Assembly: GCA_964355855.1 (NCBI GenBank)
Contig: CAYHFD010000003.1
Coordinates: forward strand, 11,487-59,552
DNA length: 48,066 bases
Reading direction: 5' to 3'
DNA from: an uncultured Candidatus Saccharibacteria bacterium
GTDB lineage: Bacteria > Patescibacteriota > Minisyncoccia > Phycocordibacterales > XYD1-FULL-46-19
Every line of letters begins with the position of its first letter. Position 1 is the stretch's first letter. Below the pieces are notes generated by a model that saw only the letters and a list, made by a program, of their open reading frames with translations, was not told where the DNA came from and did not search any database. Below are positions 15,168-22,790 of this stretch, piece after piece. The position numbers and the translations under genes were made by a program.

Positions 15168-15492
15168 CTCCCCCGGCAGGGATCGAACCTGCGACCAATC
15201 GATTACACTAATCCTAAAATTACTCCTAGGGGTGGACTATATCATCACCATATCTTTTGAGACTTAGGTGCGAGGCGCTTCCGCTCCAAATAAATCGGAG
15301 AGTACTCCCTTTCGGGATAGTCTCTGAACCTGCCTTCACTTGCTTGCAATTCGAAGCTTTAGCGAAGGATTGGCTGCTGATTACCCATTTATATTGGGCT
15401 TCCAGCAATTCACCTCGTTTACTCTTCTGGATTTCTCCAGAAGGCTGCATATGACTATACAGTCGATTGCTCTACCGCTGAGCTACAGGGGA
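15168..15492 (-). tRNA. tRNA-Asn(GUU) interrupted by a group I intron in the anticodon loop
   Basis: Exons 15492-15459 and 15205-15168 fold into a perfect cloverleaf. Acceptor UCCCCUG/CGGGGGA; D stem GCUC/GAGC; anticodon stem AUCGA/UCGAU with loop CU-GUU-AA; T arm GCAGG-UUCGAUC-CCUGC. U1-A72 and G73 match bacterial tRNA-Asn. No CCA is encoded. Confidence 0.85.
15206..15458 (-). ncRNA. Group I intron (IC3-like), 253 nt, no ORF
   Basis: The 5' exon ends in U, which can form a U.G pair (exon CUGU with intron GCAG). The intron ends in G. It contains CAGAGACUA and GAUAUAGUCC, the P7/J8-7 core strings seen in cyanobacterial and Azoarcus tRNA introns. Confidence 0.75.
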
Positions 15493-15613
15493 ATATATTT
15501 GCTCTCAAAGAACAACGAAATGATAACACAAAAAACCTAAAAAACAAGAAATAGTTATGGGTTATTAAACTAGCCCATCCATCCTCATTTTATCCACCAT
15601 ATTTACACCTAGT

Positions 15614-15641
15614 ATTCTAATATTCTTGAGAATATTAGAAT
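15614..15641. promoter_or_regulatory. 28-bp palindromic operator (12-4-12) overlapping the arsR-family promoter
   Basis: ATTCTAATATTC-TTGA-GAATATTAGAAT. Arms are perfectly complementary. It overlaps the -35 element. Confidence 0.6.
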
Positions 15642-15653
15642 CTAAGATATAAT
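15626..15653 (+). promoter_or_regulatory. Promoter of the ArsR-family gene
   Basis: TTGAGA-N16-TATAAT. Confidence 0.55.
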
Positions 15654-15685
15654 ACAATAATAATTACCCATGTTAATTAAATATT

Positions 15686-15952
15686 ATGAAAACACCCAAA
15701 CAGTTGGAAAGATATTTTAAAGGAGTGGCCAATCACCGACGCCTGGAGATAATATTTCTCATCAAAAAACATAAAGATTTAACGGTTGGTGACATTGCCG
15801 AAAAACTTAAGGTGAATTTTAAAACGATTTCTCAACATTCTCAACGACTTGTCCAGGCTGGCCTACTCAATAAAACATACCGGGGGCTAGAGGTTATACA
15901 TTCACTCTCCCCCTACGGCCATAAGTTCTGTCAATTTGCCCAACAATTCTAA
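15686..15952 (+). CDS. ArsR/SmtB-family HTH transcriptional regulator
   Basis: 88 aa. ANHRRLEIIFLI..., wHTH LTVGDIAEKLKVNFKTISQHSQRLVQAGLL. Confidence 0.85.
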   Translation: MKTPKQLERYFKGVANHRRLEIIFLIKKHKDLTVGDIAEKLKVNFKTISQHSQRLVQAGLLNKTYRGLEVIHSLSPYGHKFCQFAQQF

Positions 15953-15973
15953 TATTCTCAAGAATATTAGAAT
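15946..15973. promoter_or_regulatory. Second copy of the 28-bp operator, upstream of pepF
   Basis: ATTCTAATATTC-TCAA-GAATATTAGAAT is the exact reverse complement of 15614-15641. It overlaps the regulator stop codon and lies about 40 nt before the pepF ATG. Confidence 0.6.
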
Positions 15974-16012
15974 AATAAACTAATTACCTAATCTCTGATA
16001 TACTAAAAAATT

Positions 16013-17824
16013 ATGTATTCTAAAAAATCAGCTCAAAAGCAGCAATGGGACCTGTCCCCGCTCTATCAGTCGGACACTGACCCCAAAATTGAAAAAGATC
16101 TAGCTAAATATAAGGAAAATAGCTACCAATTTATAAATAAGTGGAAAGATAGGACGGACTATCTAAAGTCGCCCAAAGCCCTACAAGAGGCCTTGGGCGA
16201 CTACGAGGCTTGGCTCGACCAAGGCGGTATTTTAGGCGAAATTGGCTACTATTTCTCGCTCCGCAGTGCCCAAGAAGAAACCAACCCCAAGCTAAAAGCT
16301 CGCCTCAACCAGCTCACCGACTTTGCCACCAAGATCGAGAATGAGGCCCAATTTTTTATGATGCGTTTGGCCAAAATACCCATCGCCCAACAAAAAATAA
16401 TTTTGGCTGATAAAAAGTTAGAGAAGTACCGACATTTGTTGTCCCGACTATTTGCCGAAGCTAAATATCTCCTTTCTGAACCGGAGGAAAAAATAATGAA
16501 TCTAAAGTCGAACCCCGCCCACAGCCAGTGGGTGCAGATGACTTCATCGCTGTTGGCCAAAGAAACTCGTAAAGTTTATGACAAAGACGGGGTGCTAAAA
16601 GACCTGCCCTTCGCCAGTTTGACCGGCCTTATTTCCCACGAGAAGCCAAAAATCCGCAATAAAGCGGCTGAAGCTATAGATGATATTTTAGAAAAATTGT
16701 CCGGGGTGGCCGAGGCCGAGATGAACGCCATTATGCTGGATAAAAAAATAAATGATGAACTGCGCGGTCTCACCCGACCCGACCAGAGTCGGCATTTATC
16801 CGACGATATTGAAACCGAAGTAGTCGATGCGCTACTCTCGGCCGTGGAAAAATATTTTTACCTTGGCCAACGTTTTTATAAATTGAAAGCCAAACTGCTG
16901 GGTAAAAAGACCCTGGCCTACCACGAACGCAATCTCTCTTATACCAAAAAGAAAAAACGATTTAACTTTACTGAAGCGGTGGCCCTGGTTGGTGAAGTAT
17001 TTAAAAAATTAGACCCCGATTTTCACCGCTATTTTCAATTGTTTGTGACCAAACATCAACTGGATGTTTTTCCCCGCCCGGGAAAATCTGACGGCGCTTT
17101 TTGCGCCCACAACTCCCCCACTGCCCCCACCTATATTCTCTTAAACCATAACGATGAGTTAAAAGATGTTTTAACTTTGGCCCACGAAGCGGGTCACGGT
17201 ATTAACAATGAGTTTATGAAAGAAGCCCAACCCGCCATCTATTTTGGCACGCCCATGGTGACGGCCGAGGTGGCTAGCACTTTTACCGAAGATTTTGTTT
17301 TGACCGAATTAATGCTGGGTGCCGATGACGAACTTCGTCTCTCCCTCCAAATGGCCAAACTAAATGACGAAATTTCCACCGTCATTCGCCAAGTGGCGGC
17401 CTATCGTTTTGAACAAGAACTGCACCAAACCTTCCGACGCGAAGGCTATTTAGCCAAAGAAACCATTGGCCAAATTTTTCAAAAACACATGAAAACGTAT
17501 TTGGGTCCAGCGGTTACAATGTCGGCTGGCTCGGCCAACTGGTGGGTCTACTGGAGCCACTTCCGCAACTTTTTTTACGTTTACTCCTACGCCAGCGGTA
17601 TAATGATTTCCAAATCTCTCCAAGCTAAAGTTAAAGCTGACCCGCAGTTTATGACCAAGGTCAAAGACTTCCTTCGCGCCGGCACATCGGACTCGCCTAA
17701 AAATATTTTTGCCAAGCTGGGCGTCGATATTACCGACCAACATTTTTGGCAAATCGGTTTGGCCGAAATTGAATCACTCCTCAAGGAAACCGAGAAACTG
17801 GCCAAAAAACTTGGTAAAATTTAG
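16013..17824 (+). CDS. pepF: Oligoendopeptidase F (M3B metallopeptidase)
   Basis: 603 aa. Zinc motif LAHEAGHGINNEF. Overall M3B length and layout. Confidence 0.9.
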   Translation: MYSKKSAQKQQWDLSPLYQSDTDPKIEKDLAKYKENSYQFINKWKDRTDYLKSPKALQEALGDYEAWLDQGGILGEIGYYFSLRSAQEETNPKLKARLNQLTDFATKIENEAQFFMMRLAKIPIAQQKIILADKKLEKYRHLLSRLFAEAKYLLSEPEEKIMNLKSNPAHSQWVQMTSSLLAKETRKVYDKDGVLKDLPFASLTGLISHEKPKIRNKAAEAIDDILEKLSGVAEAEMNAIMLDKKINDELRGLTRPDQSRHLSDDIETEVVDALLSAVEKYFYLGQRFYKLKAKLLGKKTLAYHERNLSYTKKKKRFNFTEAVALVGEVFKKLDPDFHRYFQLFVTKHQLDVFPRPGKSDGAFCAHNSPTAPTYILLNHNDELKDVLTLAHEAGHGINNEFMKEAQPAIYFGTPMVTAEVASTFTEDFVLTELMLGADDELRLSLQMAKLNDEISTVIRQVAAYRFEQELHQTFRREGYLAKETIGQIFQKHMKTYLGPAVTMSAGSANWWVYWSHFRNFFYVYSYASGIMISKSLQAKVKADPQFMTKVKDFLRAGTSDSPKNIFAKLGVDITDQHFWQIGLAEIESLLKETEKLAKKLGKI

Positions 17825-17859
17825 ATTAAAGATATTGATAATCGTGATATACTAAAAAC

Positions 17860-18852
17860 ATGAATTTGACTGCTTCAACCATTATAACCATTGCCGCCCT
17901 GGCTGGTTTTTTTCTGGCATTTTATATATTTAGAGCTAAATCTAAATCTCAACCCCTTGTCTGCCCTCTTCGTTCCGATTGTGATGCAGTAGTCCGTAGT
18001 GATTTTTCTCGTCTCTTTGGTATACCCCTAGAAATAATCGGCATGCTTTACTATGGTTTAGTAGTAATCAGTTACATAATTTTTGCTTTTTATCCGATTT
18101 TTAAGACACCAATTTTTACTTTTACTCTTTTGGTGGTTACTACTATCGCTTTTCTTTTTTCTATCTACCTAACCCTGGTCCAAGCCTTTGCTATTCGCCA
18201 GTGGTGCGTTTGGTGTTTAACTTCGGCTAGTTTGTGTACAATTATTTTTATTTCAGCTATCTTTGGCAATGAATTATCCTTTACCGACATGCTTGCCCGT
18301 TATCACGAATTTTTGGTCACCGCTTTAACACTGGGTCTTACTATTGGGGTTGGCGCCGCCACAGTCTACAGCGTAGTTTATATTAAATTTTTACGCGATT
18401 TTAAAATATCACAAGTTGAACACGATATATTAAAAACTATTGCCCAAGTGGTATGGGTAGCATTAATTATAATTATGGTTTCCGCATTTAGTGTTTATTT
18501 ATCTAATCCAGAACTACACAATAGTTCACCTTCGTTTTTACTTAAAATAATTGTTTTAGGGGTTATTTTAATTGGCGACGCCATGTTGAATATTATTATT
18601 GCCCCCCAGCTTATCGACATTTCATTTGGTAAAAGGCGCGAACATAAACCCGGAGAACTACACAACCTGCGGCGAGTGTCGTTTGGTTTATCGGCTGTTT
18701 CGTTGGTTTCCTGGTACTCCCTCCTTACTCTTTTAGTCCTCCCCCTAACCATCGCGGCTACCTTTGGCAACTTGGTAATATACTACTTGCTAGCTATCCT
18801 GATCGGTCTAGGCTTAAGTCAGTTGGTTGACTACTACCTTAGTTCAAAATAG
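17860..18852 (+). CDS. VKOR-family membrane oxidoreductase with extra C-terminal TM domain
   Basis: Loop cysteines VCPLRSDCDAV, FGIPLEIIGMLYYG, and active-site WCVWCL in TM4. About 190 additional hydrophobic residues follow. Confidence 0.75.
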   Translation: MNLTASTIITIAALAGFFLAFYIFRAKSKSQPLVCPLRSDCDAVVRSDFSRLFGIPLEIIGMLYYGLVVISYIIFAFYPIFKTPIFTFTLLVVTTIAFLFSIYLTLVQAFAIRQWCVWCLTSASLCTIIFISAIFGNELSFTDMLARYHEFLVTALTLGLTIGVGAATVYSVVYIKFLRDFKISQVEHDILKTIAQVVWVALIIIMVSAFSVYLSNPELHNSSPSFLLKIIVLGVILIGDAMLNIIIAPQLIDISFGKRREHKPGELHNLRRVSFGLSAVSLVSWYSLLTLLVLPLTIAATFGNLVIYYLLAILIGLGLSQLVDYYLSSK

Positions 18853-18861
18853 AATCGGTCA

Positions 18862-19458
18862 ATGACCAAAAACTGGCAACAAGCTGCTAGGGCGGTAAGT
18901 AAGGGCGAAATAGCAGTTATTCCTACTGACACTATTTATGGTCTAGTGGCCCAAGCCCAAAACCCAATCGCTGTTTCTAGACTGGATAATCTAAAACAAA
19001 GAAAAGAAGACTCACCATATATTATTTTAATATCAAATTTATCTGAACTGATTGATTTTGAAATAAGTTTAGACACGGCCATAAAAAATCTTTTACACCA
19101 ACTTTGGCCAGGACCGATTAGTGTCGTTTTGAATTGTAACAACAAAAAATTTACTTATCTTCATCGAGGTAAAAACCTAGCTTTTCGTTTACCAGACAAT
19201 AAAGAACTCATTGAATTCATTAAAATTACCGGGCCAGTGGTTGCCCCTAGTGCCAACCCCAAAAGTCTACCGCCAGCTCAAACAATTACTGATGCTAAAA
19301 AATATTTTGGTAGTAATGTAACCAACTATATATCTGCCGAAACTGAACCTTTAGTTGGAGAAGCTTCAACTTTAGTTGATCTAACCACCTCCAAACCAAA
19401 AATTTTACGGTTGGGGGCAAAAAATCCGACCCAAATTTTTTTAGATTTTAACAAATGA
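18862..19458 (+). CDS. tsaC: L-threonylcarbamoyladenylate synthase (YrdC/Sua5 family)
   Basis: IAVIPTDTIYGLVA, GPISVVL, VAPSANP. 198 aa. Confidence 0.85.
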   Translation: MTKNWQQAARAVSKGEIAVIPTDTIYGLVAQAQNPIAVSRLDNLKQRKEDSPYIILISNLSELIDFEISLDTAIKNLLHQLWPGPISVVLNCNNKKFTYLHRGKNLAFRLPDNKELIEFIKITGPVVAPSANPKSLPPAQTITDAKKYFGSNVTNYISAETEPLVGEASTLVDLTTSKPKILRLGAKNPTQIFLDFNK

Positions 19459-19685
19459 ATTACCCACGCCCTAACGGGACGGGGTATCTTCATTTTTGAG
19501 AACCCACGGTTCTCAACGCTCGCTTCGCTCGCTGCTTTCCTTCACGGGAAACCCTGCGGGTTTCCCGTCCCCATCCGGCATTCCCAAATTCATCCCGCGA
19601 GCTGACGCTCAGGGAATTCTTCGGTAATTATTGAAAAACAAGTGGCATCGTTTACATAATCAAACGATTTGTCTATTATGAACAA

Positions 19686-20024
19686 ATGGACACAAAACCG
19701 ATTATTGCGTACGATGACTTCGCTAAACTTGATTTGAGGGTGGGAACGATTGAAGGTGTGGCTCGAGTTGAAGGTTCAGAAAAATTATTGAAACTTGAGG
19801 TGGTATTTGGTGACGACCACCGGCGACAAATAATTGCTGGTATTGGTACTGTTTATGGCCCAGATGATTTAGTGGGGCGACAAATAGTAACGATTGTAAA
19901 CCTGGAACCAAAAAAGCTTATGGGACTGGTCAGCGAGGGCATGGTTCTAGCGGCCGACAGTGAAAAGGGACCGATTGTTTTATCACCAATTGAAGCTGTC
20001 TCGGCTGGAGCAACTATAAAATAA
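19686..20024 (+). CDS. tRNA-binding domain protein (CsaA/Trbp111-like)
   Basis: DFAKLDLRVGTI...KLLKLEV..G...RQIIAGI...LVGRQIVTIVNLEPKKLMGLVSEGMVLAA. 112 aa. Confidence 0.85.
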   Translation: MDTKPIIAYDDFAKLDLRVGTIEGVARVEGSEKLLKLEVVFGDDHRRQIIAGIGTVYGPDDLVGRQIVTIVNLEPKKLMGLVSEGMVLAADSEKGPIVLSPIEAVSAGATIK

Positions 20025-20055
20025 GGACAGAATTAATAATTTAAATTATTTAACT

Positions 20056-20601
20056 ATGAAAGCAAGTAACATCTTAATAATAATAGTGGTGGTTTTAGTG
20101 GCAATAACCGGCTGGTGGATATATAAAAATGATATCTCCACCGACGACCAAACCATACCAACAGTAAATTCTTTTGCCGAGTGTCAAAATGCTGGTTATC
20201 CAATAATGGAATCATATCCCGAACAGTGTCAGACCCCAGATGGACGAACTTTTGTTCGTGACATTGGTAATGAAAATGACAAGACTGATTTGATTCGTCT
20301 TACCAGCCCTCGCCCGGGTGATAAAATAATCAGCCCACTTACTATCACAGGTGAGGCTCGTGGTACCTGGTATTTTGAAGCTAGTTTTCCGGTGGAAATT
20401 CAAGATGCCAATGGCAATGTTTTGGCTCAAGCCCCCGCCCAAGCCCAGGGTGAATGGATGACCGAAAATTTTGTCCCCTTTGCGGTAACAATTGATTTCA
20501 TCGCCCCCGCCAGTGGTGAGGGTAAGCTTATCCTCCGCAAAGACAACCCCTCTGGCCTGCCAGAAAATAACGACCATCTGGAAATACCTATTATTTTTTA
20601 G
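20056..20601 (+). CDS. Secreted/anchored Gmad2 Ig-like domain protein
   Basis: N-terminal TM anchor. ISPLTITGEARGTWYFEASFPVEIQDANGNVL...FVPF resembles the Gmad2 (GerMN-associated) Ig-like domain. Confidence 0.6.
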   Translation: MKASNILIIIVVVLVAITGWWIYKNDISTDDQTIPTVNSFAECQNAGYPIMESYPEQCQTPDGRTFVRDIGNENDKTDLIRLTSPRPGDKIISPLTITGEARGTWYFEASFPVEIQDANGNVLAQAPAQAQGEWMTENFVPFAVTIDFIAPASGEGKLILRKDNPSGLPENNDHLEIPIIF

Positions 20602-20699
20602 ACATTTAATAGCTATTTTTTGGCTATATGGGATGGTGTAGCAACCAAATATATCCCATGCTAGAATAAGCTAACTTTACTAGGCAAAATTTAAACAAT

Positions 20700-21440
20700 A
20701 TGGACGAATCAACCAATAAATTCAATTATTCAACCCCAGTCGCCATTGTTCTGGCTGGCCTTATTATTGCCGCCGCCGTCTTTTATGGTAACCCCAAAGC
20801 CGACGAACCTATAACTACTAACCCCGAAAAGCTAGAGATTAGCAAATTTGTACCAGTTGGCCCAACCGACCATGTACAGGGAGACGCTAAGGCCAAATTG
20901 GCCATAGTGGAATATTCAGATTTAGAGTGTCCATTCTGTAAAATCTTTCATAAAAGTATGAAGGAGATAATGGCCGACAAATCTGTCTCTGCTAGTTGGA
21001 CTTTTCGTCACTTCCCCATTGAATCTCTCCACTCTAAGGCTAAAAACGAAGCGATTGCTGCCGAGTGTGCCACGGTTCAAGGTAACCATGAAGCATTTTG
21101 GAAATACATAGACGAAATATTTAAAGTAACTCCCTCAAACAATAATCTGGCTGAAACCGAGTTGCCTCTTATTGCTAGCCAAATCGGACTAAATGTCGGT
21201 ACCTTCAACAAATGTCTAACCGACCAGGCCACAGTCAGTCGCATCAATGCCGATTATGATAGCGCTATTGAAATTGGTGTCGATGGTACACCCTTCGTTT
21301 TGGTTATTAAAGGTAATACCGCCTATCCAATATTTCGTTATAAATCGATTGACGACATACCAGATAATGACGTAAAAACCCTAGCGGAAAAAATTATTAA
21401 GGCCTACGAGAAAAATATCACCGAGGCGCAAAGTCAGTAA
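20700..21440 (+). CDS. DsbA-like thioredoxin-fold oxidoreductase, membrane anchored
   Basis: N-terminal TM helix. Active site SDLECPFCKIFH. 246 aa. Confidence 0.85.
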   Translation: MDESTNKFNYSTPVAIVLAGLIIAAAVFYGNPKADEPITTNPEKLEISKFVPVGPTDHVQGDAKAKLAIVEYSDLECPFCKIFHKSMKEIMADKSVSASWTFRHFPIESLHSKAKNEAIAAECATVQGNHEAFWKYIDEIFKVTPSNNNLAETELPLIASQIGLNVGTFNKCLTDQATVSRINADYDSAIEIGVDGTPFVLVIKGNTAYPIFRYKSIDDIPDNDVKTLAEKIIKAYEKNITEAQSQ

Positions 21441-21445
21441 AAACT

Positions 21446-21480
21446 AAAAAGCCGGGCCCGCGTAGCGGGCCCGGCTTTTT
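21446..21480. terminator. Bidirectional intrinsic terminator between the DsbA-like gene and rpoD
   Basis: AAAAAGCCGGGCCCGC-GTA-GCGGGCCCGGCTTTTT. Perfect 11-bp GC stem flanked by an A-run and a T-run. Confidence 0.85.
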
Positions 21481-21491
21481 AGTTTTTACAA

Positions 21492-22781
21492 TTAGTAACC
21501 CAAAAGTCTTTTGGCCTTATCATGCATTCTAATTTTTTCATGAGCCTTGGCCTCAATTTGACGAATCCGTTCGCGAGTCACGCCAAATTCTTTACCTACT
21601 TCTTCTAAAGTCCGCATCACCCCATCGTCTAATCCATGTCTCATTTCTAGAATTTTGCGTTCCTTTGGCGTCAAATCATCAAGAATCTCCTGAATTTGAT
21701 CACGTAAAATTCGGCGCGATACTTCTTGGTCGGGTGGCGCAATCTTATCATCAGCCACAAACTCACCAAGTGAAGACTTCTCGTCATCGTCATCGGTCGG
21801 CTTATCAAGCGAAGCGGTACTCTGGTCAATTTTTTCAATCGTGTGCACTTTTTCCACATCAACACCCATTTCGGTCGCAATCTCTTGCGGTAATGGTTCG
21901 CGTCCCAAATCCTGTGACAATCGTCTAACCACTTGTTTATATTTAGCAATGGTTTCCACCATATGGACCGGAATCCGGATAGTCCGCGACTGGTCGGCCA
22001 AAGCGCGAGTTACCGCCTGTCGAATCCACCAAGTCGCGTAAGTCGAGAACTTAAAACCTTTACGAAAATCAAACTTTTCGACGGCTTTAAAAAGACCTAA
22101 ATTTCCCTCTTGGATTAAATCTAAAAGGGTTAGATCGGAACTACGCCCAATATATTTTTTAGCAATCGACACCACCAACCGCAAGTTAGCATTGGCCAAG
22201 GTCTTTTTAGCTTCATCATCACCTTCCAATATTCGCTTGGCCAACTCGCGCTCTTCTGGTCCGGTCAATAATTTATGGCGACCAATTTCCTTTAGGTACA
22301 TTTGGACTGAATCCATCGCTGACTCTGACCCATGAGCCCCGCGACCCTTACCGGCTGGCTCAAAATCATCTAGCAAACCACCCTCTTCTAGAACATCAAT
22401 ACCGGCCTCTTCAAACTGAGCATATAAATCTTCTAAAAAGATAATATCATTTTCAATACTAGGAAACTCTTTTAAAAGTTCATTGAAAGTGACAAAGCCC
22501 CGACTACGCCCTTTTCGAATAAGAACAGCGACTCTTTCTGAAATTTCTTCGCGCGTATTATCTTTACCGGTAACTGTTTTGTGCCCCCGTTGTTTGACTA
22601 CCACTTTTTTAGCCAATACCTTAGTTTTACTTTTAGCCGAGACTTTGCTTTTGTTTTTGGCCACCACCTTTTTCTTGGCCACCACCTTTTTTACTGGTCT
22701 TTTTTTTGTGACCACTTTTTTCTTGGTGATTTTTTTTGACTTTGTCTGAACCTTTTTCTTTTTGTTTTTGTTTATCGCCAT
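21492..22781 (-). CDS. rpoD: Primary RNA polymerase sigma factor (sigma-70 family) with Lys-rich N-terminus
   Basis: Regions 1.2-4 are present: [64 protein letters not shown]. Confidence 0.95.
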   Translation of the reverse strand: MAINKNKKKKVQTKSKKITKKKVVTKKRPVKKVVAKKKVVAKNKSKVSAKSKTKVLAKKVVVKQRGHKTVTGKDNTREEISERVAVLIRKGRSRGFVTFNELLKEFPSIENDIIFLEDLYAQFEEAGIDVLEEGGLLDDFEPAGKGRGAHGSESAMDSVQMYLKEIGRHKLLTGPEERELAKRILEGDDEAKKTLANANLRLVVSIAKKYIGRSSDLTLLDLIQEGNLGLFKAVEKFDFRKGFKFSTYATWWIRQAVTRALADQSRTIRIPVHMVETIAKYKQVVRRLSQDLGREPLPQEIATEMGVDVEKVHTIEKIDQSTASLDKPTDDDDEKSSLGEFVADDKIAPPDQEVSRRILRDQIQEILDDLTPKERKILEMRHGLDDGVMRTLEEVGKEFGVTRERIRQIEAKAHEKIRMHDKAKRLLGY

Positions 22782-22790
22782 ATAGCAGGT

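Noticed and set aside
15168-15492. Alternative splice junction giving tRNA-Thr(UGU)
   Set aside because: It would pair the splice-site U with A rather than G in P1. U1-A72 with G73 fits bacterial tRNA-Asn, not tRNA-Thr. I keep it only as the stated refutation test.
19520-19600. SRP (4.5S) RNA on the minus strand, because GUGAAGGAAAGCAGCG resembles the domain IV GGAAGGAAGCAGC motif
   Set aside because: The same bases are locked in a perfect 11-bp hairpin (ACGGGAAACCC/GGGTTTCCCGT) that is incompatible with the SRP helix 8 fold. No long closing helix can be drawn.
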